From Acidobacteriota bacterium (GTDB taxonomy: Bacteria > Acidobacteriota > UBA6911): a DNA stretch of 64,000 nucleotides. The notes under the pieces are model-generated. The model was not told the origin of the DNA and ran no database searches. It saw nothing but the letters and a program-made list of their open reading frames with translations. Location: the NCBI GenBank assembly GCA_963664705.1, contig OY761556.1, positions 320,001-384,000 on the forward strand, given 5' to 3'. Of the stretch, positions 39,472-49,065 are shown in pieces. Position 1 is the first letter of the stretch. Each line of letters starts with the position of its first letter. The translations under genes were made by a program, and so were the position numbers.

Positions 39472-40691
39472 ACGCTCTCCGCAATCTTTTGGGAATGCTC
39501 GGCTGCAATCGAAGGTCCATCCAGGCACAAGCCGAACGACAGGCCCTGCCTTTGGGAGTCGTCTGCTTTTGCCTGGGATTTCTTGTCTTCAGCATTTTCC
39601 GCGGAGTGGTGTATGCCTCGCTCCCGGATCTGGCCGGCCAATTCGAGATCACAGACGCAATCCTGCGTCTGGTGCAAACCGTTTTCTATGTGCTCCTGAT
39701 TTACATTCCGGGCGTTATCATCCTGAGCAATGCAATTTCCGGCGATGATCTCGGTTTTGCGGTTTCCAGGGATGAATACCGGGCTCATGCGTCCGCAATG
39801 CTGCCGCTTTGGGGAATGTTGTTTTTGGTTGATGCCCCGCTGCAATATTTTGCGCCGCAGTTCCTTGTTCTTGGCGTTGTCGGCATTTCAATCGGAATGC
39901 TGGTACTCTTGCCGCTCCTGCTTGCGTATACAATTTGGGCTATCAAAGAACTGAATTACCTTTCTCTGACCCGCGCGACGGCTGTGTTCATGCTGTTGCT
40001 TTTTACGTTGCCGCTTTATACCCTGATTACTTCGATGCCATTCCGATTGTCCTTGCCGTTTCTCCTCTTTCTGCTGCTGCTGGTCCGTGGCTATCACAGG
40101 ATACGGGGATATATTTCCTTCCGTGCCGGCGAGAATGATCTTCAACAAAGCCTGAATGCCTTGACTCTGAACCCGCAGGATGCAGGGTTACACCACCGGC
40201 TTGGAACCATCCATCTTGATCGGGGTGACCCTAGCGGTGCCCGCAGGTATTTTGAGAATGCCCTGGCAAAGGATTCGAAGAACCCTGACTACCATTATTC
40301 CATGGGCCGTACGTGGGAACGAACAGGGGATTGGTCGCAGGCGCTGTCCCAATATGAGGAAGCCTACAGGCTTGATCCCGAATGCGCGTCGCGTGATATT
40401 TGCCGCGAAGTCGGGAAGGGATATCTGAATACCGGCCAAATCGAGAAGGGGAGCGATTTTCTCCAGTCATTTCTGGCAGGGCGGGATGCGGATCCCGAAG
40501 GGCGCTATTGGCTGGCGGTCGCGATGCAGAAGGCTGGGAAATACGACCAGATGCGCCTGCATCTGGGGTTGATGCGCGAACATTTGCATGCGGGTTCGCG
40601 CTCATTCAGAAAAAAGAATCGTGAGTGGATATACAAAGCAAGAAATCTTTTTCGTAGTACCGGGCTATGTGCGGACGAGAGTGGGCGTTGA
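39468..40691 (+). CDS. Polytopic membrane protein with C-terminal TPR repeats
   Basis: About six hydrophobic segments followed by TPR-like helices (NPQDAGLHHRLG, NPDYHYSMG, DPEGRYWLA). Confidence 0.75.
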   Translation: MNALRNLLGMLGCNRRSIQAQAERQALPLGVVCFCLGFLVFSIFRGVVYASLPDLAGQFEITDAILRLVQTVFYVLLIYIPGVIILSNAISGDDLGFAVSRDEYRAHASAMLPLWGMLFLVDAPLQYFAPQFLVLGVVGISIGMLVLLPLLLAYTIWAIKELNYLSLTRATAVFMLLLFTLPLYTLITSMPFRLSLPFLLFLLLLVRGYHRIRGYISFRAGENDLQQSLNALTLNPQDAGLHHRLGTIHLDRGDPSGARRYFENALAKDSKNPDYHYSMGRTWERTGDWSQALSQYEEAYRLDPECASRDICREVGKGYLNTGQIEKGSDFLQSFLAGRDADPEGRYWLAVAMQKAGKYDQMRLHLGLMREHLHAGSRSFRKKNREWIYKARNLFRSTGLCADESGR

Positions 40692-40756
40692 ACGAGACCC
40701 TGCCGTGTCTGCGCAACCGGCTGTATTCTCAATGCCGTTTATGCTAGGTTGATTCT

Positions 40757-41140
40757 ATGCGAAGCTATACCGAAGATCATGCCAAGTCGGGGATCGATGC
40801 CCCGTTGCCAGCTATTGAATGCTGGGAAAATCAATATCCCAATTACCAGATCGAGATTGTGATTCCGGAATACACGGCCATTTGCCCCAAAACGGGTCTG
40901 CCGGACTTCGGGACGATCTATATTACCTATGTGCCCGATCAGTGGTGCCTGGAACTCAAATCTTTGAAAGAATATATGAATGCTTTTAGAGATCTGGGCA
41001 TCTTCTATGAAAACGCGGTGAATCGGATTTTGAAGGATCTGGTTTCAGCCTGTAAACCTGTGTCGATGACGATTCGCGGGGAGTTCACACCTCGTGGCGG
41101 CATCCAGAGCCGCGTGGAAGCGCGCTACGTGCGGCCTTAA
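40757..41140 (+). CDS. queF: NADPH-dependent preQ0 (7-cyano-7-deazaguanine) reductase, unimodular type
   Basis: PEYTAICPKTGLPDFG, ELKSLKEY, FTPRGGI. Confidence 0.93.
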   Translation: MRSYTEDHAKSGIDAPLPAIECWENQYPNYQIEIVIPEYTAICPKTGLPDFGTIYITYVPDQWCLELKSLKEYMNAFRDLGIFYENAVNRILKDLVSACKPVSMTIRGEFTPRGGIQSRVEARYVRP

Positions 41141-41143
41141 CCC

Positions 41144-41536
41144 ATGAAATCGATCGAATTGAAACGGACGGTCCGTTGGGCTGATGTGGACGCTGCCGGC
41201 AGGATCTATTTCCCGCGGATATTCGATTACGTCGCCGAGGGCGAATGGGAACTACTGCATAGCCTGGGGCTGTCGCGAAAGGAAATGGGAAAAACCTATG
41301 ATTTCCCGCGCGTCCATGTCGAATGTAACTTTCGGAAGCAGCTCGGTCTGGGAGTTCGGTTTACGATCAGGTTCTGGCCTGAAAAACTGGGCCGTACTTC
41401 CATTAACTATGCGTTTGAAGTGTATCTCGAGAGTGAGCCGGGAGAAATCGCCGCTTCCGGCAGCATGACTGTTGTTGTTCTTCATGCAGGACAACCCGCC
41501 GAAATTCCTTCCCTTATTCGCGACGCATTCGAATAA
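41144..41536 (+). CDS. Hotdog-fold acyl-CoA thioesterase (4HBT-like)
   Basis: VRWADVDAAGRIYF, PRVHVECNF, LGRTS. Confidence 0.85.
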   Translation: MKSIELKRTVRWADVDAAGRIYFPRIFDYVAEGEWELLHSLGLSRKEMGKTYDFPRVHVECNFRKQLGLGVRFTIRFWPEKLGRTSINYAFEVYLESEPGEIAASGSMTVVVLHAGQPAEIPSLIRDAFE

Positions 41537-41576
41537 TTCTGGATTCCCGATTCCCGATTTCAGATTCCAGATTTTC
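41535..41576 (+). repeat. GATTCCA-family heptamer array, left of the four-helix-bundle gene
   Basis: AATTCTG GATTCCC GATTCCC GATTTCA GATTCCA GATTTTC. Confidence 0.88.
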
Positions 41577-41620
41577 AAAGAAATTGTTGGCACTTTCGGA
41601 AGAATCGCGATTAGTTGGAT

Positions 41621-42000
41621 ATGGGAAAAAGCAAACGATTTGAGGAAACAGAATTATGGCAATCTGCCCGTTTTCTGGTAAAAGCAGTCTATGCTATCTC
41701 TCAGACTCCGAAGTTCTCATCTGACCATGGTTTGGTCGATCAAATACGACGGGCGGCAGTCAGCATCGCAAGCAATATTGCAGAAGGATTTGATAGTCAG
41801 AGTAACGCCGTTACCTGCAGGTACCTTGCTTCTGCCCGGGGCTCTTCATCTGAAGTTAGGGCTCAGCTCTATCTTGGGATCTTGGCTATATGGAGAGGAC
41901 CGATTTCGAAAAACTGCTCCCAAGATGCGAATCTATCAGCCGGCAACTTGTCGGGTTCATGGCATACCTCAAGAAGGCGGCAAATCCCCGTAATCTATGA
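41621..42000 (+). pseudogene. Four-helix-bundle protein (23S rRNA IVP/Avd-like family), frameshifted near 41876
   Basis: FEETELWQSA..DQIRRAAVSIASNIAEGF..ARGSSSEVRAQLYL; the expected DLGYM..FEKL..ISRQLVGFMAYL* continues in a different frame. Confidence 0.85.
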
Positions 42001-42055
42001 ATCTGCGATCTGGAATCGGGAATCTGCAATCTGGAATCTGCAATCTGGAATCTAT
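42000..42055 (-). repeat. Oppositely oriented heptamer array, right of the four-helix-bundle gene
   Basis: AATCTGC GATCTGG AATCGGG AATCTGC AATCTGG AATCTGC AATCTGG AATCTAT (8 units, reverse complement of the GATTCCA family). Confidence 0.9.
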
Positions 42056-42080
42056 CCTCACAATGGCATAATCTGAATCC

Positions 42081-44156
42081 ATGGATAACCCTGACCGACA
42101 GTTTACCAATGCGCTCATTCACGAAACCAGCCCGTACCTTCTTCAGCATGCACACAACCCCGTCGAATGGTATCCATGGGGTGAGGAAGCGCTTTCCAGA
42201 GCGAAGCGGGAAGACAAGCCGATCCTCCTCAGCATAGGTTACTCTGCCTGCCATTGGTGCCATGTCATGGCACATGAGTCTTTCGAAGATGAGACGACGG
42301 CAGCGCTGATGAACCGTGAGTTTGTAAATATCAAAGTGGATCGTGAAGAGCGCCCGGATCTGGATGCTATTTATATGTCGGCAGTCCAACTGACCACCGG
42401 ATCCGGCGGCTGGCCCATGACCGTTTTTCTGACGCCCGATCAGGTTCCTTTTTACTGCGGAACCTATTTCCCGCCCATGGATCGGTCCGGTTTGCCCAGC
42501 TTTCGACGCGTTCTTGTCGGTGTCGCCAAAGCCTACCAGGAGAAACGCCCTATCCTCGGGGCCGATTCCAAAGCCCTTTTGCAGGCACTGAGGCAGATGA
42601 ATGAGATCGCTGCGGATCCGGTGCCGTTCGATCCCGCTATTCTTGATAGAGCTGCATCGGCACTGGGTTCGAACTACGATTCCCGGAACGGTGGGTTTGG
42701 TCGCGCCCCCAAATTTCCTCCGTCCATGATTCTAAGCTTCCTTATGAGGACCTGTTGCCGGACGGGAGAGGCGAAGTACCTTGATATGGTAAATGAAACG
42801 CTTGCCCGGATGGCATGCGGCGGCATTTATGATCAGCTGGGTGGAGGCTTCCATCGCTATTCTGTCGATGCCGAATGGTTGGTTCCCCATTTTGAAAAGA
42901 TGCTGTATGACAATGCACTCCTGAGCCGCGCTTATCTGGATGCCTATCTTTTAACAGGAAATGAGTTCTTTCGGCAGGTTTGCACTGGAACACTGGATTA
43001 TGTTGTGCGCGAGATGACCTCTCCGGAAGGAGGCTTCTATTCATCTCAGGATGCCGATTCGGAAGGGCGGGAGGGAGAGTTTTTCCTGTGGACCTCCGGA
43101 GAGGTGGAATCCATTCTTGGCGAACCGGATGCCGAACTCATCTGCCGCTATTTTGATGTGACCCCTGAAGGGAACTTCGAGGGAAAGAACATCCTTCACG
43201 TTCCAAGGCCAGCCGATGTTGTCGCCAGGCTGAATGGCATTCAGGAATCCGAGTTGCTGGCCGTCATCCGGAAAGCAAAGGCGCGCCTCTTCGAAGCCAG
43301 AGAAGCGCGGATCAAGCCGGCGCGCGATGAAAAGATCCTGACAGCGTGGAACGGGTTGATGCTCCGGAGTTTTGCTGAAGCCGCTTGCACTTTGGAGCGG
43401 GATGATTATCGAAGTATTGCGGTGCGAAATGCCGAATTCATTCTGACGCATCTGCGTCACGATCGACAGCTGCTCCGCAGTTACAAAGATGGGAAGTCGA
43501 AATTCAACGGGTATCTGGATGACTATGCATTCCTGCTGGATGGGTTGATCGCGCTGTATGAGGCGACATTTGATCCTCGGTGGATGCAGGAGTCACTGGT
43601 GATAGCGGAATCGATGATCGAGAGATTCTGGGATCCTGACGCCGGCGATTTTTATTTTACCTCCGCCGACCATGAAACGCTCATTCAGCGACCCAAAGAA
43701 CTGTTCGACAATGCCACTCCATCCGGGAATTCCGTGGCCGTTCATGCCTTGTTGCGGCTTTCAAAGTTGACCGGGAATTCCCGTTTCTCGGATTACGCGT
43801 TTCGCGTTCTGGAGAAAATGGCCGGTCTGTTGGATCGGCAATCCTCCGCTTTCCCTCATCTGCTTTGCGCGCTTGATTTCTGTCTCGGACACCCACAGGA
43901 GGTCGCAATAATAGGAAATCAGAATGTGCGGGAGACGAGGGAGCTTTTGCGTGCGGTTTTCGGGATGTATTTGCCGAATAGGGTCGTGGCTTGCGGACCT
44001 GGAGGCGCCGGCGTCCCTTTGCTTGAAAACAGGACACAGCTCGGCGGGAAGCCCACCGCCTATGTGTGCGAGAATTTCATATGCCGTACGCCTGTAGTGA
44101 GCCCTGAAGAACTTCGCAAGCTCCTCAAAGGCTCGAAGATGCCTTCGAACCCTTGA
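42081..44156 (+). CDS. YyaL/SSP411-family thioredoxin-domain protein
   Basis: [49 protein letters not shown]. Confidence 0.93.
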   Translation: MDNPDRQFTNALIHETSPYLLQHAHNPVEWYPWGEEALSRAKREDKPILLSIGYSACHWCHVMAHESFEDETTAALMNREFVNIKVDREERPDLDAIYMSAVQLTTGSGGWPMTVFLTPDQVPFYCGTYFPPMDRSGLPSFRRVLVGVAKAYQEKRPILGADSKALLQALRQMNEIAADPVPFDPAILDRAASALGSNYDSRNGGFGRAPKFPPSMILSFLMRTCCRTGEAKYLDMVNETLARMACGGIYDQLGGGFHRYSVDAEWLVPHFEKMLYDNALLSRAYLDAYLLTGNEFFRQVCTGTLDYVVREMTSPEGGFYSSQDADSEGREGEFFLWTSGEVESILGEPDAELICRYFDVTPEGNFEGKNILHVPRPADVVARLNGIQESELLAVIRKAKARLFEAREARIKPARDEKILTAWNGLMLRSFAEAACTLERDDYRSIAVRNAEFILTHLRHDRQLLRSYKDGKSKFNGYLDDYAFLLDGLIALYEATFDPRWMQESLVIAESMIERFWDPDAGDFYFTSADHETLIQRPKELFDNATPSGNSVAVHALLRLSKLTGNSRFSDYAFRVLEKMAGLLDRQSSAFPHLLCALDFCLGHPQEVAIIGNQNVRETRELLRAVFGMYLPNRVVACGPGGAGVPLLENRTQLGGKPTAYVCENFICRTPVVSPEELRKLLKGSKMPSNP

Positions 44157-44184
44157 GGTTTTGCGAAGCAGGAGGAGTGTTGGG

Positions 44185-45153
44185 TCAAACCTGAATACTC
44201 TGGAATAGAATCGAGGAGTGATAGCGATCCCCTGAATCCGGGAGTATCACAATCACCAGTTTCCCTCTATTCTCCGCCTTTGATGCTACCTGGACTGCCG
44301 CCGCGACTGCCGCTCCAGAGGAAATCCCGCAGGTGATACCTTCCTCTTTGTGCAGCCTGTGAGCCATTTGAATGGACTCCTCGCTGCTGACCGTTGCCAC
44401 TTCATCCACAAAACTCAAATCGAGATTCTTTGGGATGAAGCCGGCGCCAAGACCTTGAATTTTGTGCGGGCCCGGTTTGAGCGGCTCATTTTTCTTGGCA
44501 GCGGTAATGACCGGCGATTCCACCGGCTCTACCGCCACGCTCCAGAGGGGCTTTTTCTTTTCCAATTCGAAGTACTGGCTGATTCCGGTAATGGTTCCTC
44601 CGGTGCCCACTCCGGAGATCAGAATATCGGCTTTTCCGTCGGTATCGTTCCAGATCTCCGGGCCAGTTGTTTTGCAGTGGATCTCCGGGTTGGCGGGATT
44701 CTCGAATTGTTGCGGTATCCAGTATTTCCCGGGATCCGAGGATCGAATTTCCTCTGCTTTTGCGATGGCTCCAGGCATGCCTTTCGAGCCTTCGGTCAAA
44801 ATGACCGTAGCTCCAAATGCTTTGAGTAGACGTCGTCGTTCCAACGACATTGTATCCGGCATGGTTAAGATCAAGGGGTATCCCCGCGAGGCGGCGACGT
44901 AGGCTAACGCAATTCCCGTGTTCCCGCTCGTCGGCTCGACAATCGTTGTGTTGTTTGAACCCTGTTTCAGAATGCCTTCACGTTCAGCAGCCCAGATCAT
45001 GGCTGCTCCGATGCGGCACTTCACAGAGTAGGCTGGATTGCGGCCCTCGATTTTTACCACGACGGTGGCTGGCAAGCCGCTTGTGATGCGGTTGAGCTTT
45101 ACAAGCGGCGTATTTCCAATAGAGAGGGAGATGTCTTCGTAGATTTTGCTCAT
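44185..45153 (-). CDS. cysK: Cysteine synthase A
   Basis: [18 protein letters not shown] (PLP Lys), [21 protein letters not shown]. Confidence 0.95.
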   Translation of the reverse strand: MSKIYEDISLSIGNTPLVKLNRITSGLPATVVVKIEGRNPAYSVKCRIGAAMIWAAEREGILKQGSNNTTIVEPTSGNTGIALAYVAASRGYPLILTMPDTMSLERRRLLKAFGATVILTEGSKGMPGAIAKAEEIRSSDPGKYWIPQQFENPANPEIHCKTTGPEIWNDTDGKADILISGVGTGGTITGISQYFELEKKKPLWSVAVEPVESPVITAAKKNEPLKPGPHKIQGLGAGFIPKNLDLSFVDEVATVSSEESIQMAHRLHKEEGITCGISSGAAVAAAVQVASKAENRGKLVIVILPDSGDRYHSSILFQSIQV

Positions 45154-45218
45154 ACCTGGTATTTACCAGTTAGCCTCGCCCAAGTCAACGCGGGGGACCG
45201 GAGACAGGCGGCAGAGTA

Positions 45219-46295
45219 TTACTTTCTTTTATCCTTGGTGGCGAAATAGCCCTTCTTGGTGCGTGCCACCAGATCGGGCTTCTTGAGCTTTATCTCAATT
45301 TTGCGATACTTGCCGTCATGCTTGTTATCCGTGGAGTAATACCCAATACTGTACTGGCTGGCAAGTTCCCTGGCTATCTCCGAAAATGCGCGGCTCAAAT
45401 CCTGCATGCCGTCGAACAACAAGCCTCCACTGTATTCAGCCAGTTTGTTCAGATAATCCTTCCCTGCAAGATAATCCTCGTCGGTTGTGCCGGTTGGGCT
45501 TGGGATGGTGCTTCGCGTGCTCCTGGGACCTCTGGTGATTGGAGGCATTGGATTCCAGACAGGAGGAATTTGGGTGCCTCCGGGATATCCAACCGTGGGT
45601 CTTCTTCGGTATTGATCGCCCTCGGTATTGTAAAAAACGGAATAGATTGTGGCGCGAGTTTCCTTGGCAAGCTCCAGAGTTTCTCTTTCGCTTGCCTTGG
45701 TGCTGCAGGTATCGACTCCGTCCGAAAAAACTACGAGCGCCTTGCGCTCCGTCTTTGGTTTCAATACTTCCTCGAGCGCAAGCCAGACCGCTTCATAGGC
45801 AACCGTGCATCCTCCGGATCGTGTTTTTTTAATGCCGTACTCATTTCGATCGCGATTGATGGTGAAGTCCTGTTGCAGCTTTACGTCGTCTGCAAAAGAC
45901 AAAACTGCTACTTCGTCATCCGGGTGCAGTTGATGGACGAATTCGATGGCGGCATTTTGAATCCGCGCCAGTTCCAGTTCGGTACTCCCGCTTGTATCAA
46001 GTAGAAGCGCCACGTCGATAGGCTCATCGGTTGCGGCAAAACCGGCAATTTCCTGCTGGGTTCCGTTTTCGAAAACCTGAAAATCATCCTTGGTCAGATT
46101 GGTGATGCGTCTGCCCTGGCGATCCGAAACCACGACCGGCAACGAGACCATCTCTACATTGGCGCGGATAACCGCAGGCTCCTGATCTTCGGATTTCCGG
46201 GGTTTCTTATCCGCGGAAACGGCGGAAAGGAGAAGCAGGGAAACGGCCAGGACTCCCGCAAACCAAAGCCTTGTAATTTGCATATTGCCACCCAT
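45219..46295 (-). CDS. Exported VWA-domain protein (acidobacterial type)
   Basis: Signal peptide, LTKDDFQVFENG, LLLDTSGS MIDAS motif, FSDGVD, QYSIGYY..DGKYRKI. Confidence 0.88.
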   Translation of the reverse strand: MGGNMQITRLWFAGVLAVSLLLLSAVSADKKPRKSEDQEPAVIRANVEMVSLPVVVSDRQGRRITNLTKDDFQVFENGTQQEIAGFAATDEPIDVALLLDTSGSTELELARIQNAAIEFVHQLHPDDEVAVLSFADDVKLQQDFTINRDRNEYGIKKTRSGGCTVAYEAVWLALEEVLKPKTERKALVVFSDGVDTCSTKASERETLELAKETRATIYSVFYNTEGDQYRRRPTVGYPGGTQIPPVWNPMPPITRGPRSTRSTIPSPTGTTDEDYLAGKDYLNKLAEYSGGLLFDGMQDLSRAFSEIARELASQYSIGYYSTDNKHDGKYRKIEIKLKKPDLVARTKKGYFATKDKRK

Positions 46296-46585
46296 TTATC
46301 CTAATTATAGACGCTATTTGCCGGATAAGGGATCATCCTTTCCACCGGGAGCGCTGGCCTGGAATGGATCATTGAATTGTTGCGGGATCGGGAATTGGCG
46401 CGCATAATGGGCCCCACTGGACGGTTATTGCTCCAAACGACAGGTTTTATCGAACAGAATTGTAGGAAATTTATCCCGGATTCCCACCGGGATTGAGCGT
46501 TACAGCACTGTATTCGTCAATGAATAGCTGTGCTTGAACGGTATAGATTTCTGAAAACTATTTATAAAACTGAAGGAGGTAATCA

Positions 46586-47137
46586 ATGAAAAACTCAGTG
46601 CGATTTTTTCTTGGTGTCAGCCTTTTGGTTTTAACCCTTTGCTATGGCTGTGGTGAAAATTATCAGGCGGACATGCAGGCTGCCCAGCAGGCGATGGATG
46701 CAGCCAAAGCCGTTTTTGCCGAAGACCTGGTTCCCTTGGACTGGAAGGAAGCCATGAAAGTCTGGGACCAGGCTCAGGCTGCCATAAAGGACGGGAAACC
46801 CTCCGTCACCTATTTCAAGAGAGCCAAATCACGCTTTGAGAAAACAGCCAAGCTGGCCAAATCGAGCGGGGATGCCATGGCTCAGGATGTCACTGCCATG
46901 CAGGGGACCATAGGCGAACGCCTGGGCAAAATGAAAGATCGGCTGGATGGCAGCCGGGTGCCCGGTAAAGTAGCCAATCAGGTCAAGCCATTGGTGGCGG
47001 AACTGCAGGAGGGGACAACAACGCTGGACAACCTGATGAGCCAGCGAAATTACCTGAAGGCTAAAATGCTGGCAAAGGATCTGCAATCGAAGGTTTATAC
47101 GGCCGAGTTGATCATGGCCGGAAAAAAACCGAAATAG
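46586..47137 (+). CDS. Helical lipoprotein of unknown function
   Basis: AAGGAGG RBS, signal peptide with lipobox-like CYGC, Ala/Lys/Gln-rich helices. Confidence 0.78.
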   Translation: MKNSVRFFLGVSLLVLTLCYGCGENYQADMQAAQQAMDAAKAVFAEDLVPLDWKEAMKVWDQAQAAIKDGKPSVTYFKRAKSRFEKTAKLAKSSGDAMAQDVTAMQGTIGERLGKMKDRLDGSRVPGKVANQVKPLVAELQEGTTTLDNLMSQRNYLKAKMLAKDLQSKVYTAELIMAGKKPK

Positions 47138-47169
47138 CGAATCCGGGTTCGGCCGCGAGAGTGTGGAAT

Positions 47170-47219
47170 TCGTGAAATTCGTGGCAGATGCTTTGTTCCC
47201 TTTGCCACGAATTTCACGA
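47170..47219. repeat. 17-bp perfect inverted repeat built from 9-nt units
   Basis: TCGTGAAATTCGTGGCA / TGCCACGAATTTCACGA with a 16-nt loop. Confidence 0.8.
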
Positions 47220-47342
47220 TCGGGACGAAGGTCTGGAAATCATCTCCCGTCAATGTTTCCGGCATTTCCACTTGAGCCGGGGTCGCACCAAGTGGTAGCA
47301 TTTTTAGCTCTGTTTCCGAGCTAATCTTGAATAGGTGCCGCC

Positions 47343-47762
47343 ATGACCAAAGAACAGGAAGAACAGGGTTTCAAAGTTACGGACAAACGCGGATTTCAGG
47401 AGGAAGGCGAAAAGGCTGCTCCTGGATCGACTGAAGGGCCGGGAGTGGAAACATCAGGGCCGGAATCGACTTCCGATCAGAAGACATCTGAGGATGGTCC
47501 TCCTCGTCCCCCCATTGATTTTCCCTCCTATATCCTCGGCTATTACACCCAGGGTCTTGTCCTTTTGGGCGAAGTCCCGAATCCATATACCAATAAAAAA
47601 GAAGAGGATGTAGAAGCCGCACGGCATACCATCGACATTCTGTCGATGCTTGAACAGAAAACAAAAGGGAATCTTGGCAATGATGAGCAGCAGCTGCTCG
47701 AGAGCGTGCTGTATGAACTGCGGATGAAGTTCATGGCCAAGACAAACCGTATCAAGTATTGA
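47343..47762 (+). CDS. DUF1844-family protein
   Basis: FKVTDKR, LGEVPNP, ARHTIDILSMLEQKTKGNL..E..LL..VLYELRMKF. Confidence 0.85.
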   Translation: MTKEQEEQGFKVTDKRGFQEEGEKAAPGSTEGPGVETSGPESTSDQKTSEDGPPRPPIDFPSYILGYYTQGLVLLGEVPNPYTNKKEEDVEAARHTIDILSMLEQKTKGNLGNDEQQLLESVLYELRMKFMAKTNRIKY

Positions 47763-48718
47763 TGAGTGATATGAAGGTAATTTCCCGCTTGGAGGATCTC
47801 TCTCCAGAGTATCCATCTCCCATTGTGACGATTGGGAACTTTGATGGGCTTCATCTGGGCCATCAGAATCTGATACGCGATCTTGTCAGCCGGGCAGAAA
47901 AGGTTGGCGGAACGCCGGTTGTGGTGACATTCCATCCGCATCCTTTGCAGGTGCTGGCGCCCAACAACGCTCCCCTTCAGATTCAAACTCTTGAACAAAA
48001 AATTGCGACCATCGAATCGCTCGGGATTCCGCTGGTGGTGGTGATTCCGTTCAATACCACTCTTGCTCAGACGAGCGCCCGCGATTTTGCTATTGAGCTA
48101 TGGGAGCGACTTCGTTTGAAGGAGATTTATGTAGGTCCGAATTTCGCCTTTGGTCACCGTCGACAGGGAAGCATTAACCTGTTGAAAGAGATCGGGGAGG
48201 AGAAGGGCTTCCTTGCTGGGAAAATCCACCAGGTGCAGTTTCGCGGCAACCGTGTATCCAGTACTGCGATACGCCAGGCTCTTATTTCCGGTCAGGTTGG
48301 ACTGGCGCGGCGTCTGCTAGCACGCCCGTATGCCTTGAGCGGTTCCATTGTCCACGGTACCGGTACCGGCACCAAGCTGCAAATTCCTACGGCCAATCTG
48401 CAGACCCCCAATGAACTGATTCCGCGCCGCGGCGTTTATGTCACGCTTTTCAGCGTGGGAGGCCGCAAATATAAAGCTGTTACCAACATTGGATTCCGGC
48501 CCACCATCACGGATACTGCGTCTCTGAGCATTGAGACGCACCTATTTGACTTTGACCAGGATGTATACGAGAAAGACGCCACGCTGGAATTCCTGATGCG
48601 TCTGCGGGATGAACGGCGCTTTTCCGGGATGGCCGAACTGGTGGCGCGGATACAAAAAGACAAAGAGAACGCCCGCAGGTATTTTCACTGGCTCGGACGA
48701 ATGACGAATAACGAATGA
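47762..48718 (+). CDS. ribF: Bifunctional riboflavin kinase/FAD synthetase
   Basis: TIGNFDGLHLGH, VSSTAIR, PTANL, GVY, NIGFRPT, IETHLFDF. Confidence 0.95.
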   Translation: MSDMKVISRLEDLSPEYPSPIVTIGNFDGLHLGHQNLIRDLVSRAEKVGGTPVVVTFHPHPLQVLAPNNAPLQIQTLEQKIATIESLGIPLVVVIPFNTTLAQTSARDFAIELWERLRLKEIYVGPNFAFGHRRQGSINLLKEIGEEKGFLAGKIHQVQFRGNRVSSTAIRQALISGQVGLARRLLARPYALSGSIVHGTGTGTKLQIPTANLQTPNELIPRRGVYVTLFSVGGRKYKAVTNIGFRPTITDTASLSIETHLFDFDQDVYEKDATLEFLMRLRDERRFSGMAELVARIQKDKENARRYFHWLGRMTNNE

Positions 48719-48724
48719 CGAATT
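48697..48724 (+). repeat. ACGAATG heptamer array across the ribF stop codon
   Basis: ACGAATG ACGAATA ACGAATG ACGAATT. Confidence 0.82.
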
Positions 48725-48754
48725 GGAAGCGATTGGTATTTATTGGAGATGACC

Positions 48755-49051
48755 GTGTCCATTACACGCGCAGAAGTAGTAAAGATTGCCGATCTTGCAA
48801 AGCTTCATTATAAGGACGATGAGCTGGATGCATTTGTTCTGCAGTTCCAGAATATACTGGATTATGTCGAACAGCTCAAAGAAGTGAATGTGGAAAACGT
48901 CCCTCCGACGAGCCATGTTTCACTTGCGGCTGATTTTGAAAAACACATTTTCCGGGAAGATGACGTTAGCGCATCGCTGCCCGAAGATGCCAGCCTGTCC
49001 AATGCGCCGGACCCAGGTGCCGGACATTTCCGTGTTCCCAAAGTACTCTAG
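48755..49051 (+). CDS. gatC: Asp/Glu-tRNA amidotransferase subunit C
   Basis: ITRAEVVKIADLAKL, ILDYVEQL, FREDDV, NAP, FRVPKV; GTG start with GGAG RBS. Confidence 0.92.
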   Translation: MSITRAEVVKIADLAKLHYKDDELDAFVLQFQNILDYVEQLKEVNVENVPPTSHVSLAADFEKHIFREDDVSASLPEDASLSNAPDPGAGHFRVPKVL

Positions 49052-49065
49052 CCCGGATCGATCCT

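Noticed and set aside
41621-42000. Diversity-generating retroelement (Avd-like gene)
   Set aside because: No reverse transcriptase and no template/variable repeat pair seen in the window.
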